This document shows, piece after piece, positions 37,037 to 46,899 of a stretch of DNA of 64,000 bases. A model generated the notes under the pieces. The model was not told the DNA's origin and searched no databases. It saw only the letters and a list, made by a program, of their open reading frames with translations. Origin of the DNA: a virus; the IMG/VR virus record IMGVR_UViG_3300028549_003029, positions 91-64,090 of that record. One strand, written 5' to 3'. Made by a program: the position numbers and the translations under genes. Position 1 is the stretch's first letter. Each line of letters begins with the position of its first letter.

Positions 37037-37732
37037 ATGAATTTCAACAGAGGTTTTGACAGGGCTAACGATGTCCTTGGAAATCTTATGACAAATCTAA
37101 AAGGTCATAGCGCGGCTTCTATAAAAGAAGCAATTGCTATTGGAAAAGGTCTAAATGATCTTGCTCCAAGCACAACCCTCAAAGATGGATTGTCTATGGC
37201 TCAGTCTGCGGCTGGAGCTCTCAACTCTGGAGCAGGTGCTCTTCAGACTCTTACAGGAACCTTGTTCGGGAAGAAAGTTCTCGACAAAGGTATCGTAAAC
37301 GCTATCAAAAATCGGAATGCTAAACCAAGCAAACTCCAGAGCATTGTTGATGGCGTCAAAACTTACGCACTCCCAGTTGCTGCACTTGGAGCAGGCGTAA
37401 CGCTTCTTAGCGATGCTGCAAGCCCAGCAAAGCAGGCTATGGTTGAGCTTGGTACGTATCATGGAATGATCAAGAAATTCGGTCTTCCTGATGATGCTGA
37501 GACTCGTGACTACTTCAATGTGGTTAAGACATACTCACCAATGGCTGCTCGCAACCCAATCGTTGCAGGTACAATGGTTAGCCGTATGAGAGAGTTCAAC
37601 GGAATCGATCCAAACATGGTTACCGCGCTTGGAAATATCAAAGACAACTCTAAACCAGCAATGTCAAGCACACTTGTAAACAGTGCTATCAGAGACATTG
37701 TAGGATTTTCTTCAGGAGCTTATAATGGATAA
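37037..37732 (+). CDS. probable virion protein
   Basis: 231 aa, AGGAG SD, hydrophobic LPVAALGAGVTLL. Confidence 0.7.
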   Translation: MNFNRGFDRANDVLGNLMTNLKGHSAASIKEAIAIGKGLNDLAPSTTLKDGLSMAQSAAGALNSGAGALQTLTGTLFGKKVLDKGIVNAIKNRNAKPSKLQSIVDGVKTYALPVAALGAGVTLLSDAASPAKQAMVELGTYHGMIKKFGLPDDAETRDYFNVVKTYSPMAARNPIVAGTMVSRMREFNGIDPNMVTALGNIKDNSKPAMSSTLVNSAIRDIVGFSSGAYNG

Positions 37733-37949
37733 GGTTGCACAACCAGCAGCATTCATGGCTGCAAAAGCTGGATTGAAAAATGAATCAACTCTCAGCAGAG
37801 CCATGGATATCTTGGCTCGCGCGAGAGATCGCCGTATGCAGGCTGTACAGTTTACTAATACTCCTAAAGCGAACTACAGAGCTATCGCTGCTCAGCAAGC
37901 TTTGAGTAACATTTCTCACTATAAGTTAAACCAAATTCTAGGACGGTAA
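37725..37949 (+). CDS. small hypothetical protein
   Basis: 74 aa starting MDKVAQ. Confidence 0.5.
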   Translation: MDKVAQPAAFMAAKAGLKNESTLSRAMDILARARDRRMQAVQFTNTPKANYRAIAAQQALSNISHYKLNQILGR

Positions 37950-37950
37950 A

Positions 37951-38763
37951 ATGTTACAGAAAATCGCAGAAGAAGCGTATATCAACACGCTTGAAAAAAT
38001 CGCAGGACAAGAAGAAATGGGCATTCTTCCAGGAATGTATGCACAAGCTGCTGGCCCTGGAGCCGGCGCTGGCCTTGGAGCATTAACTGGCGGAGCTCTC
38101 GGGGCTTCAGCAGGAGCAATCCTCGGAAGAATCGCTTCAATTGGAATGAAGAAAGCTCACGTCCCTTATGCCGCTGCAATCGGTGCAGGAGCTCTCGGAC
38201 TTGCCGGAATGTCTGCCGGTGGTATCTACGGAGAGATGAAAGGTACAAACGCTCTTATTGAGCATCGTACAGGGAAAACTCCTAAAAACACAATTGGAGC
38301 GTATGCTTCATACAAAGGCAACACTACTGGATCTACTATTGGATCAGGAATCCTCGGAGGTCTTGGTGGAGCTGCCGGAGCTGCTGGAGCTGCTGGGCTT
38401 GCAGGAGCTGGCATTATGGCTGCTCTTAAACACAATGACACTAAAGGTGCCACAAAAGTCTTAAAAAGCATTGCCGAAGCTTACAGAGCAAGAGCTGGAG
38501 AAAAAGCTGGCATTCTTGAGAACGTCTTTACTCTTGGTCAGGCTAGTAAGATCAGAAATGCTCAAGCAACAGGTGCTGAGTTTGCCAGTGAAGCTGCAAA
38601 TATTCTTGCGAAAAAAGAAATTAAAGATTCTGCGTTACAAGGTCTCGCTTACGGGGCTGGTGGTGGAGCTGCTATCGGAGGAGGCCTCGGTCTTGCTGCT
38701 GGTGCGATCGCAGGTAATAATCGCGGACTTAACAGAACTCTTCGCGAAGAAGCTGGCAAATAG
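37951..38763 (+). CDS. EAYINTLEKIA-leader Gly/Ala-rich probable virion protein
   Basis: MLQKIAEEAYINTLEKIAG; four to five glycine-zipper-like segments. Confidence 0.75.
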   Translation: MLQKIAEEAYINTLEKIAGQEEMGILPGMYAQAAGPGAGAGLGALTGGALGASAGAILGRIASIGMKKAHVPYAAAIGAGALGLAGMSAGGIYGEMKGTNALIEHRTGKTPKNTIGAYASYKGNTTGSTIGSGILGGLGGAAGAAGAAGLAGAGIMAALKHNDTKGATKVLKSIAEAYRARAGEKAGILENVFTLGQASKIRNAQATGAEFASEAANILAKKEIKDSALQGLAYGAGGGAAIGGGLGLAAGAIAGNNRGLNRTLREEAGK

Positions 38764-38788
38764 TATTTTTTAGGGAATCAAGGAGATT

Positions 38789-40573
38789 GTGATGATAAAA
38801 TATTTTGAAGTAGACTCGTTCGATGACAGTATGGGGCAGAGAATCGTATCAATTAATGACGACAGTCTCACCAAAACTGCCAGCTTAGGATTTGCTCCTG
38901 ATATCTTGTCATACATCTCCAAGATGACCAAACGCGAAGATCGCTACTATGTAGTGATCAACGCTGTTGGGGCATTTGAGTCTTGGGGAGCCAACAATAA
39001 TGGCGACTCATTCCCTAGAGAGAGTCTCAGTCACGTATCTCTTAGAAGTGCAATGGGCACTCCTAATGACTACGGGTACAAGACGTTCGAGTACTACGCA
39101 AAGCTCTTCAAACACCATGCAAATAAAAACCACCATCCTTCTTTTGGAGAGGTATTGTATGCGTATTGGAACGCTGATATGGACCGTGTCGAACTTATTG
39201 TTGCTATCGATGTTGTTAGCGGTAGCGACATTGTGGTGGCTCTTGAGGCGGGTGAGGCTGTTGCCGTAAGTATGGGGTGTCGAGTAGTTGCTGATGAGTG
39301 CTCAATTTGTGGCAAGCAAGCAAAAACTCGAGCTGAGTACTGCACTCACCTTACAAGTCATTTGAGATCTGTTGTCACACATGAACAGGCTAAGCTGTGG
39401 TCTACACAGGTTGGTAGACAAGTTCTCCCAGGAGAAAAGGTCTATGCAAGAAACATTAAGCCTAAGTTCTTTGACATTTCAAGAGTTCGTATCGGTGCGG
39501 ACCGCACTGCTTTCGTTCTTGGGAAAGTCGCGAGTGAAAACAGTTTTATCGGGTCAGCTGACCTAGGAGAGGTTTACGGTGTTACAGATTCGCAAATTGA
39601 TAAATTGGCTGAAATTTACAAGGAGATCGGGACTTCTGTTGGCGATACAGACGGTAGCGTTATATCCGCTGATATGCTTGAAAGATCCGTTAACGGGCAC
39701 GCGCTGGCTGCTATTGAAAGCGAGCTGGAAATTCCACAGAATATCCTTGAATCAATATCAGCATTTGGCGCTCGTAATTGCATCGATTCTCTTTTGGGCC
39801 TTGGTATCCATCCTAGTCCTCGTGAGTTTCAGTATGTAATGCTTGCGAGCAATGGGGAAGGAGCTCTTGCAAAAAGACTTCTCGATTCGAACATTTGTTT
39901 TGATCCGAAAAGCTCTGATGCTATTGATGTGAAAGCTAAGCCGTCTATAAGTGGGTCAATCTTCAGCATCATAAAAGATCTCATGATCGAAAGGTCTTCA
40001 AATTCTCCTTTCATTCTCAACAGTATGAATCCGGTTATGATAAAAACTGCTCCTGAAATAAACCAGCCGACTATTCCGGTTCCAATGGCAATGTCTCATT
40101 TCTATGACCAAGCAATGATCTTCGGAGCACTTGCTGGATTGTACCAAGGTCTCAAGCTGAAAGCCACAGGAATGACAGGCGGACAGATATCAAGAGCAAT
40201 CATAAAGAATCCTGCCGTTGTACTTATGATTGGTGGAGGCGCTCTTGCTAAGCTTCATGAAGCTCAAGCGAAAAACCTTATTTCATCTTCGTATGTTCCG
40301 GCTATGAGCTACGCTGGCATTTTAAAAACTCCTGAGTTTATGAAAATTGCTGGGTACAAAGAGCAAGCTGCTGGCAATACCATTATAGCGGCTGCAACAT
40401 TGTTCCCTCTTGCCTATGTAGCGCATTCTTACAACAAAAGCAATATGGCAAAAGGCGGGGTGTCGTCGCCTACTGCATCTACTATTGGAAACCCAGTTGT
40501 GCCAGTTGTTGGGACAGCAGGTTTTGCAGGACTTCCGATTCTTAAAAATAAGTTGATCAAGTCGCTGCAATAG
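38789..40573 (+). CDS. HK97/assemblin-type prohead protease with C-terminal extension
   Basis: NNNGDSFP, FKHH, VELIVAID, AVSMGC (Ser), CSICG, FFDISRVRIGAD; upstream of scaffold and capsid genes. Confidence 0.8.
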   Translation: MMIKYFEVDSFDDSMGQRIVSINDDSLTKTASLGFAPDILSYISKMTKREDRYYVVINAVGAFESWGANNNGDSFPRESLSHVSLRSAMGTPNDYGYKTFEYYAKLFKHHANKNHHPSFGEVLYAYWNADMDRVELIVAIDVVSGSDIVVALEAGEAVAVSMGCRVVADECSICGKQAKTRAEYCTHLTSHLRSVVTHEQAKLWSTQVGRQVLPGEKVYARNIKPKFFDISRVRIGADRTAFVLGKVASENSFIGSADLGEVYGVTDSQIDKLAEIYKEIGTSVGDTDGSVISADMLERSVNGHALAAIESELEIPQNILESISAFGARNCIDSLLGLGIHPSPREFQYVMLASNGEGALAKRLLDSNICFDPKSSDAIDVKAKPSISGSIFSIIKDLMIERSSNSPFILNSMNPVMIKTAPEINQPTIPVPMAMSHFYDQAMIFGALAGLYQGLKLKATGMTGGQISRAIIKNPAVVLMIGGGALAKLHEAQAKNLISSSYVPAMSYAGILKTPEFMKIAGYKEQAAGNTIIAAATLFPLAYVAHSYNKSNMAKGGVSSPTASTIGNPVVPVVGTAGFAGLPILKNKLIKSLQ

Positions 40574-40618
40574 ATATATATTTTTTAACGAAATGATTCT
40601 TAACCAAAGGAAAATTCT

Positions 40619-41557
40619 ATGACTAACAATCTTTCTGCGCATATGGCTGCAAGATTATCAGGTGCAGGGCACGCTAAGGTCGCCTCTGACACCGGCTCTC
40701 TGAGTGAGCAGATCATGGCAAAACTTGCCGCATCTCTCGAAGCGCCTATGGGTGAGCCAGCTGCTCTTCCTGAGGCTCCTAAAAGTCAAGCTGTAATTAC
40801 CCCTACAGCAACGCCTGTAACCGACCCAACTGTTGTTGCGGCTACCGCTGCTGTTTCTGACCAGGGCCTTGCTGCTGCTGGCGGAAATCCTGATGTTGTT
40901 GCTGCAATGGCTGCACAGCCTGCTATGGGTGACGCTGGAACTCCTGGTGCTTATGGTACTGGTGAAAACGGCGACATGTCACGTAACAACACAGACATGA
41001 ATAAAGTTGCTCTCGATGCAACAGTTGCTGCAGACATGGAAGCTCGCGGGATTGCTCTTGCGAACGCTTACTCTAATCAGATCGAAAAAATCGCGATGGA
41101 AAAAGCTGCTGAAGATGCATTCGCAATGCTTGCTTCTGAAGGCCTTGTAAATCCTCGCTACATCGACCATGAAAAAGTTGCAAGTGACAACGATGGTTAT
41201 GTATTCGGTGAGACTCTTGAAAAACTTGCTTCTGGAACTCTCGAAGCTCCTACAGCATACGATTTAATCGTTGCTCATAATGAGTATGTAAAAATCGCTA
41301 CTGATATCGCTGAAGCAGAAGCTGCTGGCGAAGCACAGGCTATCGCAGACGTTGAAAAACTTGCTGCTGAAGCTGAAGCTGAAGCAATGGCTCAGGAGAA
41401 TACTTCTACAATGGAAGCACAGATCGCTGCTGCAATTGAAGAAGCTTACGCTCTTGGAGTATCAGAAGCTCAACAGGCTCCTGACGCATCTCTTGCTGCT
41501 CTCAAAAAAGATCCTGACTTCCTTAAGCTTCTTGCGAAGCACGGAATTGCTGGTTAA
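40619..41557 (+). CDS. capsid scaffold-like protein
   Basis: acidic Ala/Glu-rich, nine KxA motifs, lies between protease and capsid genes. Confidence 0.6.
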   Translation: MTNNLSAHMAARLSGAGHAKVASDTGSLSEQIMAKLAASLEAPMGEPAALPEAPKSQAVITPTATPVTDPTVVAATAAVSDQGLAAAGGNPDVVAAMAAQPAMGDAGTPGAYGTGENGDMSRNNTDMNKVALDATVAADMEARGIALANAYSNQIEKIAMEKAAEDAFAMLASEGLVNPRYIDHEKVASDNDGYVFGETLEKLASGTLEAPTAYDLIVAHNEYVKIATDIAEAEAAGEAQAIADVEKLAAEAEAEAMAQENTSTMEAQIAAAIEEAYALGVSEAQQAPDASLAALKKDPDFLKLLAKHGIAG

Positions 41558-41558
41558 T

Positions 41559-41930
41559 ATGAACGTAGCACGAATTGTACGGCTTGAAGTCGGTTTGGAA
41601 AAGATTGCTTTTGATGCGTCGGCGCTCGACGGATCAAACGATCCTCTCGTCAAACAGGCTGCCGAACTTATTCGCGCTCTTGACCGCAAAATTGAAGATA
41701 TGGTTAAGGCGGCCTCTGTAACAGAGACCGTCACTGACCTATTCAACCGGGGACTCTTGGACGATTCTGAAGTTCAAGAAAAAGTGGCTGAACTTTTTTC
41801 TTCTGGCAATATTGCCGGAGAGACGGTTAAGATCGCATCCCACATGGGTAGTATGTTTGACGGAGTCAGTCAGAGTACCCCAGTAAAAAAAGAAATGCAC
41901 GATTTTATTAACGAAAAACTCGCGAGGTAA
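41559..41930 (+). CDS. KxA-rich probable head protein
   Basis: ATG at 41559; LEKIAF, VKAASV, EKVAE, VKIASH, EKLAR. Confidence 0.65.
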   Translation: MNVARIVRLEVGLEKIAFDASALDGSNDPLVKQAAELIRALDRKIEDMVKAASVTETVTDLFNRGLLDDSEVQEKVAELFSSGNIAGETVKIASHMGSMFDGVSQSTPVKKEMHDFINEKLAR

Positions 41931-41933
41931 CTC

Positions 41934-42377
41934 ATGGCTCTTGATATTTTTACGCCAATCGCTCTTATCGACCAGTCTTCACGACTGCTTGTAGATGTTG
42001 ATACTTTCACTGGTAAAGCTGGTCAGTTCGTTGAACTTGTCGGTGGTAAAGTTAAAAAAGTAACAACTGGATCTACAATCAAAAACGTTCGTATGCTCCG
42101 CACAACTGTGACTGGTAGCGCTTATGAAGGTTTCGATATAAAAGGTGGACGTGTTTCTGTAATTGAAAGTTTCATCCGTGGAACCGTTGGCGACGATTGT
42201 ATCGACGCAACTGGTCTTGCTGATGGTGACTACCTTACAGTAAGCTCTGCTGCTGACTCTGAAGGTATGATGATCAAGGCTACTGCTGGCAAAGTTGTTG
42301 TTGCTCAGCTTGTAACCATTGACGCTGCGGCATCAACTTACGAGATTCGTACAGTTTCTCCGTTCATTGCTGCTTAA
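41934..42377 (+). CDS. probable capsid decoration/cement protein
   Basis: 147-aa beta-rich ORF immediately before the major capsid gene. Confidence 0.55.
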   Translation: MALDIFTPIALIDQSSRLLVDVDTFTGKAGQFVELVGGKVKKVTTGSTIKNVRMLRTTVTGSAYEGFDIKGGRVSVIESFIRGTVGDDCIDATGLADGDYLTVSSAADSEGMMIKATAGKVVVAQLVTIDAAASTYEIRTVSPFIAA

Positions 42378-42387
42378 TGATTTTAGA

Positions 42388-42409
42388 CTAAGGGGAGAAA
42401 TCCCCTTAG
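42388..42409. other. hairpin between decoration and capsid genes (stability/processing element)
   Basis: ctaagggg/ccccttag stem. Confidence 0.5.
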
Positions 42410-42447
42410 CCAAAAAAGAAAAAATTACTTTATTATAGGAGCTCTTA

Positions 42448-43470
42448 ATGCTTGATATGAACAATCCTGCCCTTTTCAATGCTGAGATCATTGATCGTAT
42501 GGAAAAAAACGCTTCAGACGTATCTGAAGGTATCCGTGAGTACATCCATACAGAACTTGTAGAAGGCTCTTTTGCCCGTACAGTTCTTAAACCTGTACCA
42601 ATTACAGCTGCTGACTGCCAGGTTAACCTTGCAGACAACTCTCTGTATATGATCAAAGAAATCGAAGCTGGCGCAGCTGCTGTTGCAGTTGACAACCTCG
42701 GTGTGCCTAACGGTCGTTACGTTAAGGGTGAGCGTTATATCATTCCTATCGTAAACTTTGTTACTGACCGTTTCCAGATCACTGAAGAAGACCTTCGTGC
42801 GTATCGCCACCCGATCACCAAACGTATCCAGGAAAAATCTGTTCCGATTCTTCATAAGCTTGAAGACACTTATTTCCTCCGTCTCGTTGGTGCTGCTCTT
42901 GCTGCTCAGTCCGCTCTCAATGCAACTGGCGTAAAAGCTGTAAAAGGCCACGCTACAAACGATCTCGAACTGAACGAACGTGACTTCATTTCTTTGAAAA
43001 ACGCTCTTTCATCTGGTATCAAAGGTTCTGACGACAAACGCAAAGAAACTGCGTTGATGCTCATGACTCAGGAAGATTACGAAACTGCAGTACTGCTTCC
43101 AAACGCAGCTGATAGCTTCGGTACCGACCGTATTATCAACGGTCTCCGTTCTGAAACTCTCTACGGTACTCGTATCGTTAAGACTATCAAATCGAACGTT
43201 CTTCCTCGTGGACACGTTATGGCCTTCACTACTGAAGATTTCCTCGGACATGCTTTCACCCTTGGTGAAACTCGTTTCGAAATCAAAAAAGAGTTTGGTC
43301 TCCTTCAGTGGGAAACTAAAATGTCTGTTGGTTACGGTATCGGTAATGCTCTTTCTGTAGCCCTTCTCACGCTTCCTGGCGCGTCAATGGGTGGAAATGA
43401 CATCACTGTTGCAACAGATGGTGTTCTCCCTCAGAACATCAAGAACTACTACAAAGGTCTTACTTGTTAA
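42448..43470 (+). CDS. major capsid protein (HK97 fold, inferred)
   Basis: 340 aa after protease/scaffold/decoration genes; strong high-expression codon bias; followed by a terminator. Confidence 0.8.
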   Translation: MLDMNNPALFNAEIIDRMEKNASDVSEGIREYIHTELVEGSFARTVLKPVPITAADCQVNLADNSLYMIKEIEAGAAAVAVDNLGVPNGRYVKGERYIIPIVNFVTDRFQITEEDLRAYRHPITKRIQEKSVPILHKLEDTYFLRLVGAALAAQSALNATGVKAVKGHATNDLELNERDFISLKNALSSGIKGSDDKRKETALMLMTQEDYETAVLLPNAADSFGTDRIINGLRSETLYGTRIVKTIKSNVLPRGHVMAFTTEDFLGHAFTLGETRFEIKKEFGLLQWETKMSVGYGIGNALSVALLTLPGASMGGNDITVATDGVLPQNIKNYYKGLTC

Positions 43471-43498
43471 TCAAGTAGCCTAGTAGCTGTTCAAATAA

Positions 43499-43541
43499 AA
43501 GGCTCAATCGGACACTCTTCGATTGAGCCTTAATTTATTTT
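43499..43541 (+). terminator. terminator after the capsid gene
   Basis: aaggctcaatcg/cgattgagcctt 12-bp stem followed by a T-rich tract. Confidence 0.75.
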
Positions 43542-43563
43542 TGTAATAACCTAGGAGGGTTTT

Positions 43564-43968
43564 ATGTCATTTAATATGAAAAATATTACAGACCAAGTCC
43601 GCGAAATCTACAAAGAGAGCGGTATCGTTTCTGTAAAACCTGGAGATACTGTTCGCGTGTCTGCTACAGATATCATCAGCACAGGTAGTTCGATCGTTCA
43701 CTTTGTAAGAGCTGCAAAAGATGTGATCGAAGACATTGTTGAAGTGGTAGAAGACATCATCGATGACATCAAAGATCATCGCGATGAACGTGACGCTGAA
43801 CGCGCTGCAAAAGAAGCGGAAGAAGCTGCTGCAAAAGAAGCGGAAGCTGCTGCTGAAGCTGAAAAGAAAGCTGCTGAAGAAGCTGCTGAAGCCGAAAAGA
43901 AAGCTGCTGAAGCTGCAGAAAAAGCTGCAAAAGCTGCTGCAAAGAAGGCTGCTAATGCTGCTGAATAA
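43564..43968 (+). CDS. hypothetical protein with Ala/Glu/Lys repeat tail
   Basis: AAKEAEEAAAKEAEAAAEAEKKAAEEAAEAEKKAAE; AGGAGG SD. Confidence 0.65.
   Translation: MSFNMKNITDQVREIYKESGIVSVKPGDTVRVSATDIISTGSSIVHFVRAAKDVIEDIVEVVEDIIDDIKDHRDERDAERAAKEAEEAAAKEAEAAAEAEKKAAEEAAEAEKKAAEAAEKAAKAAAKKAANAAE
43800..43965 (+). repeat. coding low-complexity repeat (gaagctgctg / gaaaagaaagctgctgaag)
   Basis: imperfect tandem codon repeats encoding a helical A/E/K tail. Confidence 0.7.
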
Positions 43969-44102
43969 TACTGGTGAAAGCAAGACAGTAATGCTTGATG
44001 ATGGTTCTTCCGTTGTTGTTCCTCATGGGATTTCTTCTCATGGCGACAAAAACGTTTTGATCGCAACCATCATCCATAGCTGCATCAGCGAAGTTAAACA
44101 AG

Positions 44103-44588
44103 ATGAGGCGACAGATGACACAGACGGAGTATGTGGAGAAGCTGAGAGCGTTCCTGAAGGACAAGGAGGAGTTGAACAGACTTCTGGAGTTCAGGGAAGA
44201 AAACAGCGAGCTGGATCTAAGTCTGTATCTTGATATGGCTATGGCGGAATTAAACTCTATGGCTCCGGTCATAGGGTTTTACTCTTACGAGGGATTTCCA
44301 ATCCCTCAGCTAGTCATTCTTCTTGCTACGATACACTGTTTGATATCAAACAACATTCTCAATGCAAGAAACGACCTACAGTACAATAACGGCGGAATCA
44401 CTGTTAAGTTCCAGGATGGAAACAAATACCTTCCGCAGATTCAGCTACTTCTTAGTATGATGGAGTCTCTCAAAAAGAACTTCTATCAAATGAAATTAAG
44501 TGTAAATATTGCAAGAGGTTTCGGAGGATGTCCGTCTCCTTACGCATATATAACCGGGGGACCGTATGAACCACCAAGTTACAGTTGA
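44103..44588 (+). CDS. probable head-tail adaptor
   Basis: 161-aa helical protein shortly after the capsid gene; ARNDLQYNNGG pattern and position. Confidence 0.5.
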   Translation: MRRQMTQTEYVEKLRAFLKDKEELNRLLEFREENSELDLSLYLDMAMAELNSMAPVIGFYSYEGFPIPQLVILLATIHCLISNNILNARNDLQYNNGGITVKFQDGNKYLPQIQLLLSMMESLKKNFYQMKLSVNIARGFGGCPSPYAYITGGPYEPPSYS

Positions 44589-45192
44589 CTCTCTTGACTC
44601 TTTCATTTTGAAAGTTGCGGCAGAGTCTAAAAATACAGAAGTTTTCAATGAAGCAGTTCCTGAGGAGAATCCTGGACAAGAGACTGGTCAACAGCCTGCT
44701 CCTGCAAAGGAAGATCCAGAAGCTATCCCTACTGAAGAAGAGATGCCACAGAGCGACCCTGTTGCTGATGCGATGCATTACGGAGCTCTCGCTGCGCAGG
44801 CATTTTTGTCAGAAGAGTTGATGCAAGCAGCATTGTCTGGCCACCCTGAAGCGATCAAGATCGTTGCAGCTACAGCTGGTGAAATCGCTGCAAAAGTGTC
44901 AAAAGGAATGCTTGAAGGTGGATCTGTTCCTGCTGCTCCAGCTGATGCTGCTCCAGCTCCAGTAGAACAGGCTCCAGTAGAAGCTGCACCGGAAGCTCCA
45001 GTAGCGCCTGCTGCTCCTGCTGCTCCAGGCAAAGATGGTGCCGCTGAAGAACAGCTCGCAGCTCAGATTGCTCCTGCTGTAAGCAACGAAGGAACAGCTG
45101 ACGATATCAGCGCATCTGGACTCGATCCTAAAAAGCAATACACTGCCGCTGAAGTTATTCAGTTTGCGAAGTCGTATGCGAATAAAGGCTAA
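44566..45192 (+). CDS. acidic Pro/Ala-rich KxA-motif protein
   Basis: ILKVAAES; APA repeats. Confidence 0.6.
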   Translation: MNHQVTVDSLDSFILKVAAESKNTEVFNEAVPEENPGQETGQQPAPAKEDPEAIPTEEEMPQSDPVADAMHYGALAAQAFLSEELMQAALSGHPEAIKIVAATAGEIAAKVSKGMLEGGSVPAAPADAAPAPVEQAPVEAAPEAPVAPAAPAAPGKDGAAEEQLAAQIAPAVSNEGTADDISASGLDPKKQYTAAEVIQFAKSYANKG

Positions 45193-45970
45193 TGTAATAT
45201 CTGATGGAAACGACTCCCGTGTAATATCATGGGAGCCTGTAAACACCTCGGCTTATGCTGAGGTGCTTTTCAGCTTTAACCCTGAAAGTGGTTTTTCTGT
45301 CCTTAGTCCAAATTGCACTGATACTCAGTACACCGACAACAGGATCATAAGAAACACGAACAGGACTGCCTATTATAAAATCAAGGTCTATGATGCTCTT
45401 GGTGTAATGATAGCAGACTCTGGAATAGTCCATCTCGAATCAAATTACGACGGCGTCCTCGGAACAATAATCTATAACGAGACAACTCTGAACAGACTGT
45501 TCCAAGGGAACCCTTACTGGATTGTTAAATCTGCAAAGTCAGGAGCAAGATGCCCAGTTTGCTGGGATCACTTCAGAGACGAAGCGAAGTTTAGCAATTG
45601 TCCAGAGTGCCACAGCACTGGGTATGTTCTTGGTACCTACGAAAAGATATCTGCTTTTATATCGGTAAGTTCTGACCCTAAGAAATCCGGTGCAATCCCG
45701 GAAGGCGAAATGGTCACCGATACGCTTCAAGGCAGGTTGTCAAACTATCCTCTTGTCGATACAAACGACTATGCAATAGAAGAGATGACCGGGAAGAGAT
45801 TCTTAATAACTTCTGTTGAAGTAACAAAATTACCGGTTATTTCAAGAGATAATTCTGGATCAACTTCAAACCATGTTGCGAGCCAAATTATAACTATGGT
45901 TGAACTCGAGAGAGATCATGAATTCTATAAGATACATGAATTTATAACATCTCCAGAAGAGGTAATGTGA
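45176..45970 (+). CDS. probable neck/head-closure protein with Zn knuckles
   Basis: CPVCWD...CPECHSTGY as in neck proteins of large myophages; position. Confidence 0.55.
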   Translation: MRIKANVISDGNDSRVISWEPVNTSAYAEVLFSFNPESGFSVLSPNCTDTQYTDNRIIRNTNRTAYYKIKVYDALGVMIADSGIVHLESNYDGVLGTIIYNETTLNRLFQGNPYWIVKSAKSGARCPVCWDHFRDEAKFSNCPECHSTGYVLGTYEKISAFISVSSDPKKSGAIPEGEMVTDTLQGRLSNYPLVDTNDYAIEEMTGKRFLITSVEVTKLPVISRDNSGSTSNHVASQIITMVELERDHEFYKIHEFITSPEEVM

Positions 45971-46899
45971 TGGAAGCTTGGTTTTTAGAAACCCTCGGAA
46001 AGGTAGATATTTCAGATACTCATAAAATGATCATCTTCCTTGTTGCATCGATAGCATATGCTATTTTCAATGAGGTTAGAAGAAACCGGACTGTTACCGA
46101 TAGAAACTCAAAGATAGGGTCAATATCTTTGGAGCTCACATCTGTAAAGTCTTCTCTTGATGCTGAAATAAAGATCTTGAAAAACGATCTTTCTCAAGCC
46201 GAAGAGAAGCTCATTGAAAAGGAAGAGCTTCACCTTATTGAGATCATGAATCTTCAAAAGACACATGAGCGTCACATTGACAGTATCATAAAAGTTCTTT
46301 CGTACAAAACAGATCTTGTAATGCTTCAGAGAGACGCTTTTGAAGCATCTCGAAGAACTGCCACGATCGATACTCTTACCTCGATCAGGAATACGATCAA
46401 AGGTAAGTTTAAGACTATGAAATACGACATGATGTACATCTTCAGACAGGACATGATGAAACGCCTCGGCAGCATCGATTGTCTTACCGGAGAAGGTGGA
46501 GTGTGCTCCAACAAGACCATCGTAAACGACTCTCAGCTTAAAGGGTACGAGTCGCTTTTGATCGAATCGATTGCTGAAGGCGAAGAACTTTGCCATGCAA
46601 TAGTCGAAGACTTCAAAGACGATCTTGCTCCAGCAGCATTTGATCAGTGGTGCTCTGAGGCAAACCGGTTAATCCATCATATTGTGTGGGACGGCATGCT
46701 TTTGAAAATCCCAAGCTCATCCAATATGGCGCCTAACATCAACATGATAACAGAGAAGTACACAATTTCGTACTTCACATCTATCATGGAAAGTGTCAAG
46801 CAGATCAGGAAGAACGAGAAGGCTGCTATTGAAAAAGCAAAAGACCGATATGAATTTGAAGTGAAAAAGATTTACGGAGACAGACGGTCTGCGCAATAA
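45967..46899 (+). CDS. N-terminal TM plus coiled-coil protein
   Basis: MIIFLVASIAYAIF then heptad repeats. Confidence 0.65.
   Translation: MMEAWFLETLGKVDISDTHKMIIFLVASIAYAIFNEVRRNRTVTDRNSKIGSISLELTSVKSSLDAEIKILKNDLSQAEEKLIEKEELHLIEIMNLQKTHERHIDSIIKVLSYKTDLVMLQRDAFEASRRTATIDTLTSIRNTIKGKFKTMKYDMMYIFRQDMMKRLGSIDCLTGEGGVCSNKTIVNDSQLKGYESLLIESIAEGEELCHAIVEDFKDDLAPAAFDQWCSEANRLIHHIVWDGMLLKIPSSSNMAPNINMITEKYTISYFTSIMESVKQIRKNEKAAIEKAKDRYEFEVKKIYGDRRSAQ

Noticed and set aside
43955-44233. Possible extra small gene between 43564 and 44103
   Set aside because: It overlaps both neighbours, has no clear SD and has no recognisable motif.
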